Source of the DNA: a virus
Taxonomy: Duplodnaviria > Caudoviricetes
Strand: one strand, 5' to 3'
Length of the DNA: 41,750 nucleotides
IMG/VR virus record: IMGVR_UViG_3300043493_000077
Span: 1-41,750 of that record
Shown: in pieces, positions 16,161 through 24,116 of the stretch
Position numbering within the stretch: the first letter of the stretch is position 1
How the letters are laid out: every line of letters begins with the position of its first letter
Notes under the pieces: model-generated
Databases searched by the model: none
Told to the model about the DNA's origin: nothing
The model's input: the letters and a program-made list of their open reading frames with translations, nothing else
Translations under genes and position numbers: made by a program

Positions 16161-18104
16161 TTAGCTTGCAGCGGGCGCGATAGGCGAACCCGTCAGCGCG
16201 TACGCATCGGTCGGGTTGTAGCGCCCGCTCGTATACCCAAACGTGACCATCTGGTAGTAGGCGTCACGGTTGCCGGCTCTCAGCTCAAAGTGCAAATGCG
16301 GCCCGGTACTGTTGCCGGTGTTGCCGCTTTTGCCCAGCCGCTCGCCCTGCTCAACAACTTGGCCCACCTCCACATCGACTTGCACCAGATGCGCGTAAAA
16401 CGAGTGGCTGTGGATGGACGGGTGGTAGACGCGCACATACAGGCCATATGAAGCGTCATAGCCGGTATACATCACCTCGCCGGCGCAGATTGCCTCCACC
16501 CGGGTCCCTTCCGGCACGGCGATGTCGATGCCATTGTGGCCGCGCTGCCCAAACTGGGCGTCCCCCTCGCCAAAGTGCTGGGTGATGGGCCCCACCACTG
16601 GCCACAGCAGCCCCCTGACTGTGACCGGTGGCGTTGGTGTGGGAGGAATGGGCACTGTAATGCCCTCGGATGATAGCTGCCACTCAAAAAAATAGGCGGT
16701 ATGAATCTTGTAATCCGGCTGTTCAATGCTGCCCAGGCCGCAGCCGTTGATGATGTCGCCCCGGTACTCGCCCTCAATGCGGATGCCATACGACGGCGCA
16801 ACCTCGTACATGGCGAAGTCCAAACTGTATTCACGTCCTAAGCCCTTGCTCTCCAGCCACGGATCACTCTTGCGTTCGGTCAGCTTGGTTTCGCTGCCGC
16901 TTGACCAGAACCACGTCACAGGCACGCCGGTCTTGAGCCGGCCCTGCTCATCCAGCAGCCGTACGTAGACGCTGACGCGGCCCTGGGCCTGGTCACGGTC
17001 AAACCATTTGGCGACGGTGACGAGCGGGGCAATGTCGGTCGGCATGAGGGCGTGTTGCAGAGTACAGCCGCGCACGGTCAGGCGTGGATCCCAGTCGATA
17101 GGATCCGGCTCAGGCGCCGGCGTGGGCCGTGGCGGCTCTGGGTCGGGTGGCTCAGGCGTGGGCAATGTGGGCGTGAGAGGCGCCTGATAGCCCAGGGCGA
17201 GCGCAACCCGAAAGTCGTCAATCACGCCGTTTTTACGGCAGAAGCCCCATTGGTCATAGTTCTGCCAGCGGTACAGGGCAAGGCAGTGGATGCCCTGGTG
17301 GCCCGTAGCGCCATTCCAGTCGTTGATCTCGGCATACGCCCCTTGCACCCAGCCGCTGTTGCGGTCTGCCCACGGTCCAAGCTGATCGGTCTCAGTGATG
17401 TAAACCGGCAGCGCCCGCATGATGGCCGGCACAAGCGCCAGGAAATCTTGATACGCTCTGAAGCCGTTGTGGTATGCCTGGTAGGGCGCATCCATTTTAT
17501 CTTCAGATGTGATCGATGACGGATTAGGGCCGCGGCTATAGGTATGCAATGCCAACCCGTCGGCGCCGCCGTCCGTGCTCATGCCACTCATGCTTGAGTG
17601 GCTTTTATCCATGACGATGGCCGATAGCATCTCACGCCAGTAGTCCAGACACCAGCCGGTGTCGGCGTTGTAAGGCGCAATGGCAGCGGGGATGACGTTA
17701 TGCTGTACGGAGCGGTGCTTAATCTGGAGCCGGCACTTGTTAAAACATTCGGCATAGGAAGCGGGTGTTATGGGCACGTCGGCGCAGCGTTCGGCTCGGA
17801 GATTGGGTTCGTTCCCGATCACAAAGTGCCGGCAACCGTTGGAGGCGTTAACAAAGTTGGCGGCACGCTGGGCGAACGCGTTGAAGCGGTTCGGCAGTGG
17901 GATGGTTCCTTCGCCGTGGTGGGAGTAGTTCAAGCGCACAATCGGCGTCACACCGTAGGCGGCCAGCCAACGGTAATCGACGCTGGATTGGTTGGTGGGG
18001 TCGTCGCCGATGGACTCGGAGATCACTGCCCAGCCGGTCATGCCGAAATCACGGATGAGGCCGCCCCAGTCTTGGTTGCTGTCGTGGATTCCGTAGAGGT
18101 TCAT
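16161..18104 (-). CDS. Modular endolysin: glycoside-hydrolase-like barrel, Pro-rich linker, unknown domain, M23 peptidase
   Basis: IGNEPN and YITET (clan-A GH-like); HNGIDIA and GNTGNSTGPHLHFE (M23); ATGA-coupled start at 18104 (MNLYGIHD). Confidence 0.85.
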   Translation of the reverse strand: MNLYGIHDSNQDWGGLIRDFGMTGWAVISESIGDDPTNQSSVDYRWLAAYGVTPIVRLNYSHHGEGTIPLPNRFNAFAQRAANFVNASNGCRHFVIGNEPNLRAERCADVPITPASYAECFNKCRLQIKHRSVQHNVIPAAIAPYNADTGWCLDYWREMLSAIVMDKSHSSMSGMSTDGGADGLALHTYSRGPNPSSITSEDKMDAPYQAYHNGFRAYQDFLALVPAIMRALPVYITETDQLGPWADRNSGWVQGAYAEINDWNGATGHQGIHCLALYRWQNYDQWGFCRKNGVIDDFRVALALGYQAPLTPTLPTPEPPDPEPPRPTPAPEPDPIDWDPRLTVRGCTLQHALMPTDIAPLVTVAKWFDRDQAQGRVSVYVRLLDEQGRLKTGVPVTWFWSSGSETKLTERKSDPWLESKGLGREYSLDFAMYEVAPSYGIRIEGEYRGDIINGCGLGSIEQPDYKIHTAYFFEWQLSSEGITVPIPPTPTPPVTVRGLLWPVVGPITQHFGEGDAQFGQRGHNGIDIAVPEGTRVEAICAGEVMYTGYDASYGLYVRVYHPSIHSHSFYAHLVQVDVEVGQVVEQGERLGKSGNTGNSTGPHLHFELRAGNRDAYYQMVTFGYTSGRYNPTDAYALTGSPIAPAAS

Positions 18105-18310
18105 CGGGAACCCTCTGGGTGCCGCCCGAACCGCTGCTCGGCGTGGCATTTGGGACAATTGGGTGTGGCGCAGGTGTGGAAGCGGTGCCGGTGGCGGCTG
18201 TTTAATGCATAAGGCGCGCCGCACGGCGTTTTGCCTGAGCAGGTAAGCTCGTTGTAGCGCATGTGGGGGCGTGTCTGTTTTTGGGGTGGTTCTGGCTTGG
18301 TCTGGTTCAT
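18101..18310 (-). CDS. Small Cys-rich (zinc-finger-like) protein
   Basis: C-x4-C...C-x4-CPKC; ends with the HPEGSR micro-repeat. Confidence 0.55.
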   Translation of the reverse strand: MNQTKPEPPQKQTRPHMRYNELTCSGKTPCGAPYALNSRHRHRFHTCATPNCPKCHAEQRFGRHPEGSR

Positions 18311-18490
18311 GGTGGCTTGGGCGCTGAAAACGGTCGACCGTGGCTAAGATAACCGGGCAACCGTTCAGCGCAGCCATATGTGGGCTTTGATGTGAGCGGC
18401 GATGGGACAACAGAAGTCGGGCCGCCGCCTGAAACGGTTGCCCGACTTCTGCCGCTGACCGTATCACAGCTTGACGTAAATGTAAACGTC
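18311..18490 (-). promoter_or_regulatory. Putative late promoter and structured leader
   Basis: TTTACA(18486)-17 nt-TACGGT(18463) with extended -10 TG; 12-bp perfect hairpin at 18411-18451; alternative pairings at 18313-18376. Confidence 0.5.
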
Positions 18491-18507
18491 CGAATGGATG
18501 ATGCTGC

Positions 18508-18828
18508 TCATGCCGCCCAAGCCCACGTCATTTGCCCGGCCCGCTCACGGCGCCAGCGTTCATTGCGCCGGCGATGGGCCATGCCGAACGGGGCATCCAT
18601 GCGAAGATGGCAAACGGCGCAAAGGCAAGCCACGTAGATCTCCGGGCTGGCATAGTCCTGATCGACATGAGCGACGGTCAGCACCGGCTTGCTGCGGTCG
18701 CTGGGATCTTGCCGGCATTCGACGCCGCACGAGGCGCAGATGTAATGGTTGGCGGCTTTTATTTCAGCGGCAAGTTCGGGCCAATTTTCCGGGTAATTGA
18801 TCAGCAGTTCACGCTTAATCGGTGACAT
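18508..18828 (-). CDS. HNH-like zinc-binding nuclease
   Basis: YPENW...CASCG...LTVAHVDQD...CAVCHLRMD. Confidence 0.75.
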   Translation of the reverse strand: MSPIKRELLINYPENWPELAAEIKAANHYICASCGVECRQDPSDRSKPVLTVAHVDQDYASPEIYVACLCAVCHLRMDAPFGMAHRRRNERWRRERAGQMTWAWAA

Positions 18829-19027
18829 ATTCCTCCTTCAAATGCCGCCCTCGCACACGCACGCGTACGCGCGTACAATCGCGTAGCCAAAGTGAGCATA
18901 AGCCCAGACCGCCCGGCCGCCGCTCCGGGTCTGCCGCCCGGGAGCCCACTGGGCGCGAAACGGGACGGGATGGGGCCGCACCGGGAGCGGTGACAGGCTG
19001 CGGATGGTTATGCGATGCAAGGCGGTA

Positions 19028-19294
19028 TCAATTATGGCCGCCCTCAGAATACGTAAGCGGCGCATCTTCTAACCCTCTCGCATCCTCAAGCCGGCGTGCT
19101 TCCGCCTCACGGCGCGCTTGCATCAGGGACGGACTCTCTTCCTGCTGCTGCCTATGGAAATGGTCTGCAATCGCTTCGAGTTCACGCACCTCTCGTAAGG
19201 TCAGCGGGACAATGCGCCGCTTGAGATTCAGATGAAGTTCACGCGCTATCATCTCTTTTTCGGCATCTGAAAGCGGGCTCATGCTCTCACTCAT
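19028..19294 (-). CDS. Hypothetical protein
   Basis: MSESMSPL start preceded by GAGG, overlapping the upstream stop. Confidence 0.6.
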   Translation of the reverse strand: MSESMSPLSDAEKEMIARELHLNLKRRIVPLTLREVRELEAIADHFHRQQQEESPSLMQARREAEARRLEDARGLEDAPLTYSEGGHN

Positions 19295-19535
19295 ACCTCG
19301 CCGGCGGGTCAATCAGCGCCATCTGCTCTGCGCCGGCGCTCCCTACGGGACAGGCTAAGTGCGCCTTGAGCTCGTCTTTGAACTCGGTGACAATCGAGAG
19401 CAGCATATCCATTTCGATCAGCTTGGCGTTGAGCTTGATGGGGTCGCTACGGAACACATACTCCCTCATCTTGCGCTCGCTCCTGATGATGCGAACGGCC
19501 TGGACGTACTTGGCGCGCAGTTCGTTCTCGGTCAT
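19287..19535 (-). CDS. Hypothetical protein (contains ACPVGS micro-repeat)
   Basis: 82 aa, ATGA-coupled. Confidence 0.65.
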   Translation of the reverse strand: MTENELRAKYVQAVRIIRSERKMREYVFRSDPIKLNAKLIEMDMLLSIVTEFKDELKAHLACPVGSAGAEQMALIDPPARYE

Positions 19536-19729
19536 GGTTCGACCTCAACCTCCGCCACGGCCAGGCGCAGCGCCTCCATGAGTGTGGCGGCCTCATACTT
19601 CTCCAAGCCTGCCTCGTCTGATACGACGCAAACATAGCCGTCGCAGTTTATCTCCACCGCTCCCCACGCTTCCGTTAGGGTCGCTATCCACAGATTGATT
19701 TCATCGTAAGGCGTCATGGTTTCGCTCAT
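19532..19729 (-). CDS. Hypothetical protein
   Basis: 65 aa, ATGA-coupled at both ends. Confidence 0.65.
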   Translation of the reverse strand: MSETMTPYDEINLWIATLTEAWGAVEINCDGYVCVVSDEAGLEKYEAATLMEALRLAVAEVEVEP

Positions 19730-20562
19730 TTCCTCAGTTCCTGTTCTATTTTGTGAATCAGCCGGCTAATCGACGGCAGCATGTCGGTGACACTGTTTAC
19801 GGTCACCGGTGCAAGCTCACGCGCACGCTTGGCGGCTTCTTTGGCCAGCTCCAGCACCATCAGACATTCGCTCAGGCTGAGTTCGCCGGCGATTTCTTGT
19901 GGCGAGCGCTGGCTTGGTTGCGAAGCCTGTCCCGTAGGGAGCGCTATCTCATGCTCGACAGGCCCGGTCAGTTGCGGCACCGGTGGCGCGCCCAATGGCG
20001 GTGCCGGGGACCGTCCCGGCGCGAGCTGCTTGGGCCTGGGCGGCTTGTGGGCATCGATGATGGCCTTGATTTGGGCGCGTGTGGGCCGAAAGTCGAGCAT
20101 CTCCATGCGCTCAAATACCTCCCACCGCACCGTGACCGGCGTCGATGGCGCCGCCAAAAGGTAGAGCGCGCCGTCGCTCAAATGCGCGACGCGTCGCGCA
20201 TTTGCCGGGTCGCCATAGACAGTAGCGGCGTTCATCATGCCCTGAATCACACGCGGGCTTAGGTCAAATTCCTGCTGCCACCACTCGGCGAACTTGCCAT
20301 GTGGCAGAATCGCCTTGACCTCCAGCAGCAACGCGCCCAGCCGAATCGTATCCTCTGCCATGCGCCGCTGCCATTTGTGAATCTCCAGCGCTGCGTCCAT
20401 GACGGCCTGGCGCTGCTCGCCATCGATGGCACTGTAGTCGTAGCGGAGCGCGGCGTACTTCTGCAACTGATAGTAGTTCGTCTTTGGCTGCTCCTTGGCC
20501 TGGCGCTTGCGCTCCATGCGCTCGGCGGCCGTCGGCTGCGGCTTGAGTTGGTGGCGGCTCAT
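19726..20562 (-). CDS. DUF3102-like DNA-binding protein
   Basis: LGALLLEVKAILPHGKFAEW...FDLSPR..Q.MM; ALYLLAAPSTP; ATG at 20562. Confidence 0.8.
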   Translation of the reverse strand: MSRHQLKPQPTAAERMERKRQAKEQPKTNYYQLQKYAALRYDYSAIDGEQRQAVMDAALEIHKWQRRMAEDTIRLGALLLEVKAILPHGKFAEWWQQEFDLSPRVIQGMMNAATVYGDPANARRVAHLSDGALYLLAAPSTPVTVRWEVFERMEMLDFRPTRAQIKAIIDAHKPPRPKQLAPGRSPAPPLGAPPVPQLTGPVEHEIALPTGQASQPSQRSPQEIAGELSLSECLMVLELAKEAAKRARELAPVTVNSVTDMLPSISRLIHKIEQELRK

Positions 20563-21407
20563 AGCCCCTCCAAGAAGCCTGTCCCGTAGGGAAGGCTGGG
20601 CCGTGTTAGCGCGCCCGGACTGATCCAAAGCACCTCGGTTCGTTCGCGTGCGCCGTCGGCTCGGCTTGCCATAGTAACCCGCTGCCAATCCGGGTAGAGT
20701 TCGGCGTCATACAGGTCGCAGGCGTAGCCGCTGATGATGACGTGCCCATTTAGCTCATGCACGGTGGCCGCCAACTCACGGTGAGCGCCGTCGGTCATCT
20801 CATGGCTGTAAACCTTGCCGGCGCAGCGCTCGCCGCGGGTCGAATTTACATAGGGCGGGTCAACGTAGTGCAGAGCCTTTGCATCATCGTACTGGCGTAG
20901 CACATCCAACGCCGGCCGGTTCTCGATGACCACGCCACGCAAGCGCTCTACAACCGGTTCAAGCACGCGATCCATACTGGCCCAATCCATCACCGGTGTT
21001 GAGCCGCTGCGGGTCACATTGGCTCGAAAGCCGGTCTTGTAATCCTTTTGGGCACCCGTGGCAAAGGCCGCGCAGTAGCGAAAGGCGGTGCGCCGGGCTT
21101 GCTCGATAGGATCGCCGGCGAGCAAGTACGACTCCTCAAATTCTTGGCGGGCATAGGGCGTCAACGCAATCAGGCGCATCAATTCGCGCGCCTGGCTGGG
21201 ATTCCGTAGCACGCGGAACAGATTCACGATCTCGCCGTCTAAGTCGTTGATGACCTCGGCATAGCTGCGCGGTTTCCGCAACAGAACAGAAGCGCCGCCG
21301 GCGTAGACCTCGGTGTAAATCCGGTGCTCTGGGAAGTGAGAAATGATCCATGGCGCCAGGCGGAATTTTCCGCCATGGTAGCGCAGGGCTGGACGCGTAA
21401 TTGTCAT
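20559..21407 (-). CDS. DNA adenine methyltransferase (Dam / D12 class)
   Basis: LRYHGGKFRLA, EVYAGGASV, EVINDLD, YVDPPY; ATG at 21407. Confidence 0.92.
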   Translation of the reverse strand: MTITRPALRYHGGKFRLAPWIISHFPEHRIYTEVYAGGASVLLRKPRSYAEVINDLDGEIVNLFRVLRNPSQARELMRLIALTPYARQEFEESYLLAGDPIEQARRTAFRYCAAFATGAQKDYKTGFRANVTRSGSTPVMDWASMDRVLEPVVERLRGVVIENRPALDVLRQYDDAKALHYVDPPYVNSTRGERCAGKVYSHEMTDGAHRELAATVHELNGHVIISGYACDLYDAELYPDWQRVTMASRADGARERTEVLWISPGALTRPSLPYGTGFLEGL

Positions 21408-21793
21408 AGCCCCCCCAGTCCTGTCTCGTAGAGAACATTGCCCAGCCCAATCGTGCCACACGCCCACAGCCAGCCGGCCAGCTGTTCCGCCGTCGTCACG
21501 CGCAGGATGCTGAGCCTGAGTAGGCTCAGCTCGTCAGCCGGATAGACCAGGCACGGCGCGTTGATCCAGTAGTCGCAGTATTCGACAATTTGTCGCACCT
21601 CATCCGCCGTCGGCTCACGTTCATACAGCGGGTCCCGGATGTAGCAGGCATAGACGACGATGGCGTGGCGTGTGCGGCCGCCCCCTCGTGCCTTCGCACC
21701 GCGGGGCAGGCTATCGTACGACCAGACGGTCTGCGGCGTGCCGGCGGCCGTGTAGGGCTGGTAGAGGTCCCCTGCGGGACAGGCGTGGATCAT
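21404..21793 (-). CDS. Hypothetical protein (micro-repeats near both ends)
   Basis: 129 aa, ATGA-coupled. Confidence 0.6.
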   Translation of the reverse strand: MIHACPAGDLYQPYTAAGTPQTVWSYDSLPRGAKARGGGRTRHAIVVYACYIRDPLYEREPTADEVRQIVEYCDYWINAPCLVYPADELSLLRLSILRVTTAEQLAGWLWACGTIGLGNVLYETGLGGL

Positions 21794-22347
21794 GGTTGGG
21801 CCTCTGCCGCGATTTCTCTCAGCCGTTTGTCGATATGCTTAATTCGATGGTCGCACCAGGTGCGCTTGGCGTTCGGATGGGTGATTAGCAGCTCTAAGGC
21901 CCACATCAGATCGTCGGTCGTCGCCATTTGCAAGGCCTCATCAAACGTTGGGCGCAACGTGTTTGGCTCTAGCACACCCTTCATGCGGATTCTGCCCTTG
22001 AGCAAGCCCCCACGCACGCCAGTCTCAGCCTGTCTCTCGCCGCCTTTGGGCGCGGACACCATCGCTTCCAGTTCAGTGATGCGCGCCTCAGCATGGGCAA
22101 AGCCGTCATTGAATCCTCGGTAATAGCGGTCTGCATTGCTGGTGCTGGTCAATTCACTTGAAACAGAGATAAGCTGCGCCTCCAGTTCGGCGATGCGCGC
22201 CAGGTGGGCAGCGCGGTCGGCTTCGTATTCGTCGCGCATGGCTGTTGCTACGATGGTGGCGCCGTCGATGTAGGCGGGATCATGGACATACTTCAACATC
22301 TCATCTTCGATGCGCTCTGCGCTCCATAGCGGTTCAGGTGTGGTCAT
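21790..22347 (-). CDS. Hypothetical coiled-coil protein
   Basis: MTTPEP start at 22347; ARIAELEA/ARITELEA repeats; YYRGFNDGF. Confidence 0.65.
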   Translation of the reverse strand: MTTPEPLWSAERIEDEMLKYVHDPAYIDGATIVATAMRDEYEADRAAHLARIAELEAQLISVSSELTSTSNADRYYRGFNDGFAHAEARITELEAMVSAPKGGERQAETGVRGGLLKGRIRMKGVLEPNTLRPTFDEALQMATTDDLMWALELLITHPNAKRTWCDHRIKHIDKRLREIAAEAQP

Positions 22348-22643
22348 GGCTGGGCCTGCTCCGCTTCCCGCTCCCGCGCCCATTGCAGCATTTTCTCCTT
22401 TATGCTGTCGAGTGCGACCCCGGGATCATCCTCATAGGCATCGAGCATCCAATGCCTGTCATCCGCTCTGTAGATGCGGACAAAGCAGCCCCAGGCGTAT
22501 TCGTGGTTCATGGTGCGCCTAAGCGTGAGCTTGCCATGGTAGTTGATGCCGGCAATGTCAAGCTCTTCAAATTTCAGGTCTAATCTGCTCAAGCCGCGCG
22601 TTGCGAGCTTGGCGCCGTTAATCAGGCCGGTGATCGTGGTCAT
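22344..22643 (-). CDS. Hypothetical protein
   Basis: 99 aa, ATGA-coupled to the initiator gene. Confidence 0.65.
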   Translation of the reverse strand: MTTITGLINGAKLATRGLSRLDLKFEELDIAGINYHGKLTLRRTMNHEYAWGCFVRIYRADDRHWMLDAYEDDPGVALDSIKEKMLQWAREREAEQAQP

Positions 22644-23542
22644 ACGCTGTACTTCTTTCTCGGTTCCCTGGCTGCACCGTCATCGATGTTGTACTGCTTG
22701 CGCTCCGGGTCGGCGATCATCTCATCCGGCAACCGGTGGCGGTGGAAGAGCTCGCTTTCACGGAAGCCGGCGGATAGGCTGACCATGCGCGCATTGGATG
22801 GCTTGAGCGCTTCCAGGCGATGCTTCAGAACACCAGCCGTCACCTTGCCCACCTGGGCATCCGGCAGCCACTTGTCAACCGTCCGGTAAATGTCCTGAGG
22901 CGGCAACTTGCGCGCAAGTTCATCGGCGACGCGGTGAATCACGCCCACCTCGCTGTCGACCAGAAGTTCAAAGGCGATCTGCTGCGTCGGTTCCAGTTTT
23001 GGTGTTTGGGAGGTAGGTGGGTAGGTAGGTTTCTTTCTTTTACCTGTAGTAGTTAAAGACCTACCTAACCTACCTATTTCTTTACCTTTCTTTAGGACAG
23101 GTGTATTTCGGTCTACTTCGTTGACTAGTTCTAGTCTACTTCGTGGACTAGTTGACGCATCAACTAGTCCACTTTGTTGACTAGTTGGGTAGTCCACTTC
23201 GTTGACTAGTTGGGTGGTTGACTGGTCTACTTCGTTGACTAGTTCATAGACGAAGCCGCCACGCCGCCCTTCTGTGCGTTTGATCACGCCGCGCTCCATG
23301 CCGGCAGTGATGCCATTGATCACACCTTGACGGCTGAGGCTACTCGCTTTCTGAAAGGCCGACAGGCTACATTCCACGCTGGGCCTGTGATAGCCACAGG
23401 TCAGACGCGTCAAGCACAAAATAACCTTTAGTTCGGCCTCAGCCATCTTACCCATCGAATCAAAAATAAAATTCGGAACCTGCGTGTATGTTCCTTTATC
23501 GGAGTTCAAGGCTACCTGCGCCTTTCTTGCTATTGCATCCAT
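22640..23542 (-). CDS. Replication initiator (lambda O-like N-terminal wHTH)
   Basis: YTQVPNFIFD...AELKVILCLTRLTCGY...SLSRQGV; internal iterons encode LVNEVD repeats. Confidence 0.85.
   Translation of the reverse strand: MDAIARKAQVALNSDKGTYTQVPNFIFDSMGKMAEAELKVILCLTRLTCGYHRPSVECSLSAFQKASSLSRQGVINGITAGMERGVIKRTEGRRGGFVYELVNEVDQSTTQLVNEVDYPTSQQSGLVDASTSPRSRLELVNEVDRNTPVLKKGKEIGRLGRSLTTTGKRKKPTYPPTSQTPKLEPTQQIAFELLVDSEVGVIHRVADELARKLPPQDIYRTVDKWLPDAQVGKVTAGVLKHRLEALKPSNARMVSLSAGFRESELFHRHRLPDEMIADPERKQYNIDDGAAREPRKKYSV
23111..23244. repeat. Replication origin: five 20-bp iterons GTCYACTTYGTKGACTAGTT
   Basis: Copies start at 23111, 23134, 23167, 23192 and 23225; adjacent AT-richer, strand-skewed tract at ~23010-23100. 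Confidence 0.9.
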
Positions 23543-23547
23543 CTACA

Positions 23548-23931
23548 TCACAGTTCCGAATACTTGCTCTTCTCTTTGACTTCCGGCTTGCTCTCAGCAA
23601 TCGCCCCGGTCAAAGTCCGTTCCTGCTCGGCCAACCCGCCTGCAATGCGCGCAGCCTCCAGATTTATCCTGGCGATCAGTGACAAGAGGGTGACATCCTG
23701 GCTGGCCTCGGCAATGGCCTGCAACTCCTCAACGTAATCCAAGAACCGCTGTATGCGCTTCTGAGCATCCAAGTTCCTCTCCATAGCGTCTCCTAGCGCC
23801 CATTTGACCTTGGTTGCCACACGCGCCTTATACACACGCTTGCGTGGCTTCTTAACCTCTGCCGCTGTCCCTACGATGGCCCTTACATCTGGCCCCAATA
23901 CGGGAGCGACATTCTGTGTCGCCATTGACAT
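23548..23931 (-). CDS. Hypothetical protein, first gene of the leftward replication operon
   Basis: AAGGAG RBS; basic N-terminus and helical body. Confidence 0.65.
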   Translation of the reverse strand: MSMATQNVAPVLGPDVRAIVGTAAEVKKPRKRVYKARVATKVKWALGDAMERNLDAQKRIQRFLDYVEELQAIAEASQDVTLLSLIARINLEAARIAGGLAEQERTLTGAIAESKPEVKEKSKYSEL

Positions 23932-23992
23932 CTTGATTTACTCCTTCTATCTTGGTTGTGAATGAATTGATCATCGCTGCATTGCTGCGTCG

Positions 23993-24028
23993 CTTCCCGC
24001 CCGTGCGCTCAGGCACGCCCGCGGGAAG
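23993..24028. promoter_or_regulatory. GC-rich hairpin in the divergent replication/integrase intergenic region
   Basis: CTTCCCGC..CGTGC-GCTCAG-GCACG..GCGGGAAG. Confidence 0.4.
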
Positions 24029-24116
24029 TTGCGCGTTACTGAACTAATTGCTGTACGTCTGTGCAGATAACCCCCTTGCTGGGGGATTTATTCGTCTGTC
24101 ACAGAAAGGTAAAAAA

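Larger units (their letters stand above)
9165..17602. repeat. Dispersed micro-repeat family B, 24 nt TCATGCCACTCATGCTTGAGTGGC, 2 exact copies
   Basis: 9165-9188 and 17579-17602; both encode HSSMSGM. Confidence 0.9.
19336..21784. repeat. Dispersed micro-repeat family A, ~17-21 nt AGCCTGTCCCGTAGGGA(GCGC), 5 copies
   Basis: 19336-19356(-), 19924-19944(+), 20574-20592(+), 21420-21434(+, variant), 21769-21784(-, variant). Confidence 0.88.

Noticed and set aside
18105-18467. N-terminal 120-aa extension of the endolysin ORF
   Set aside because: It overlaps the 18101..18310 gene and the structured leader; the ATGA-coupled start at 18104 is more plausible
21040-21060. GGGCACCCG inside the Dam-like gene (and a similar stretch near 31476-31498) as family D copies
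   Set aside because: Only a half-site matches and the hairpin cannot form
23111-23244. CRISPR-like array
   Set aside because: Spacers are only 3-13 nt, the repeats lie in-frame in the initiator gene, and no cas genes are present; these are iterons
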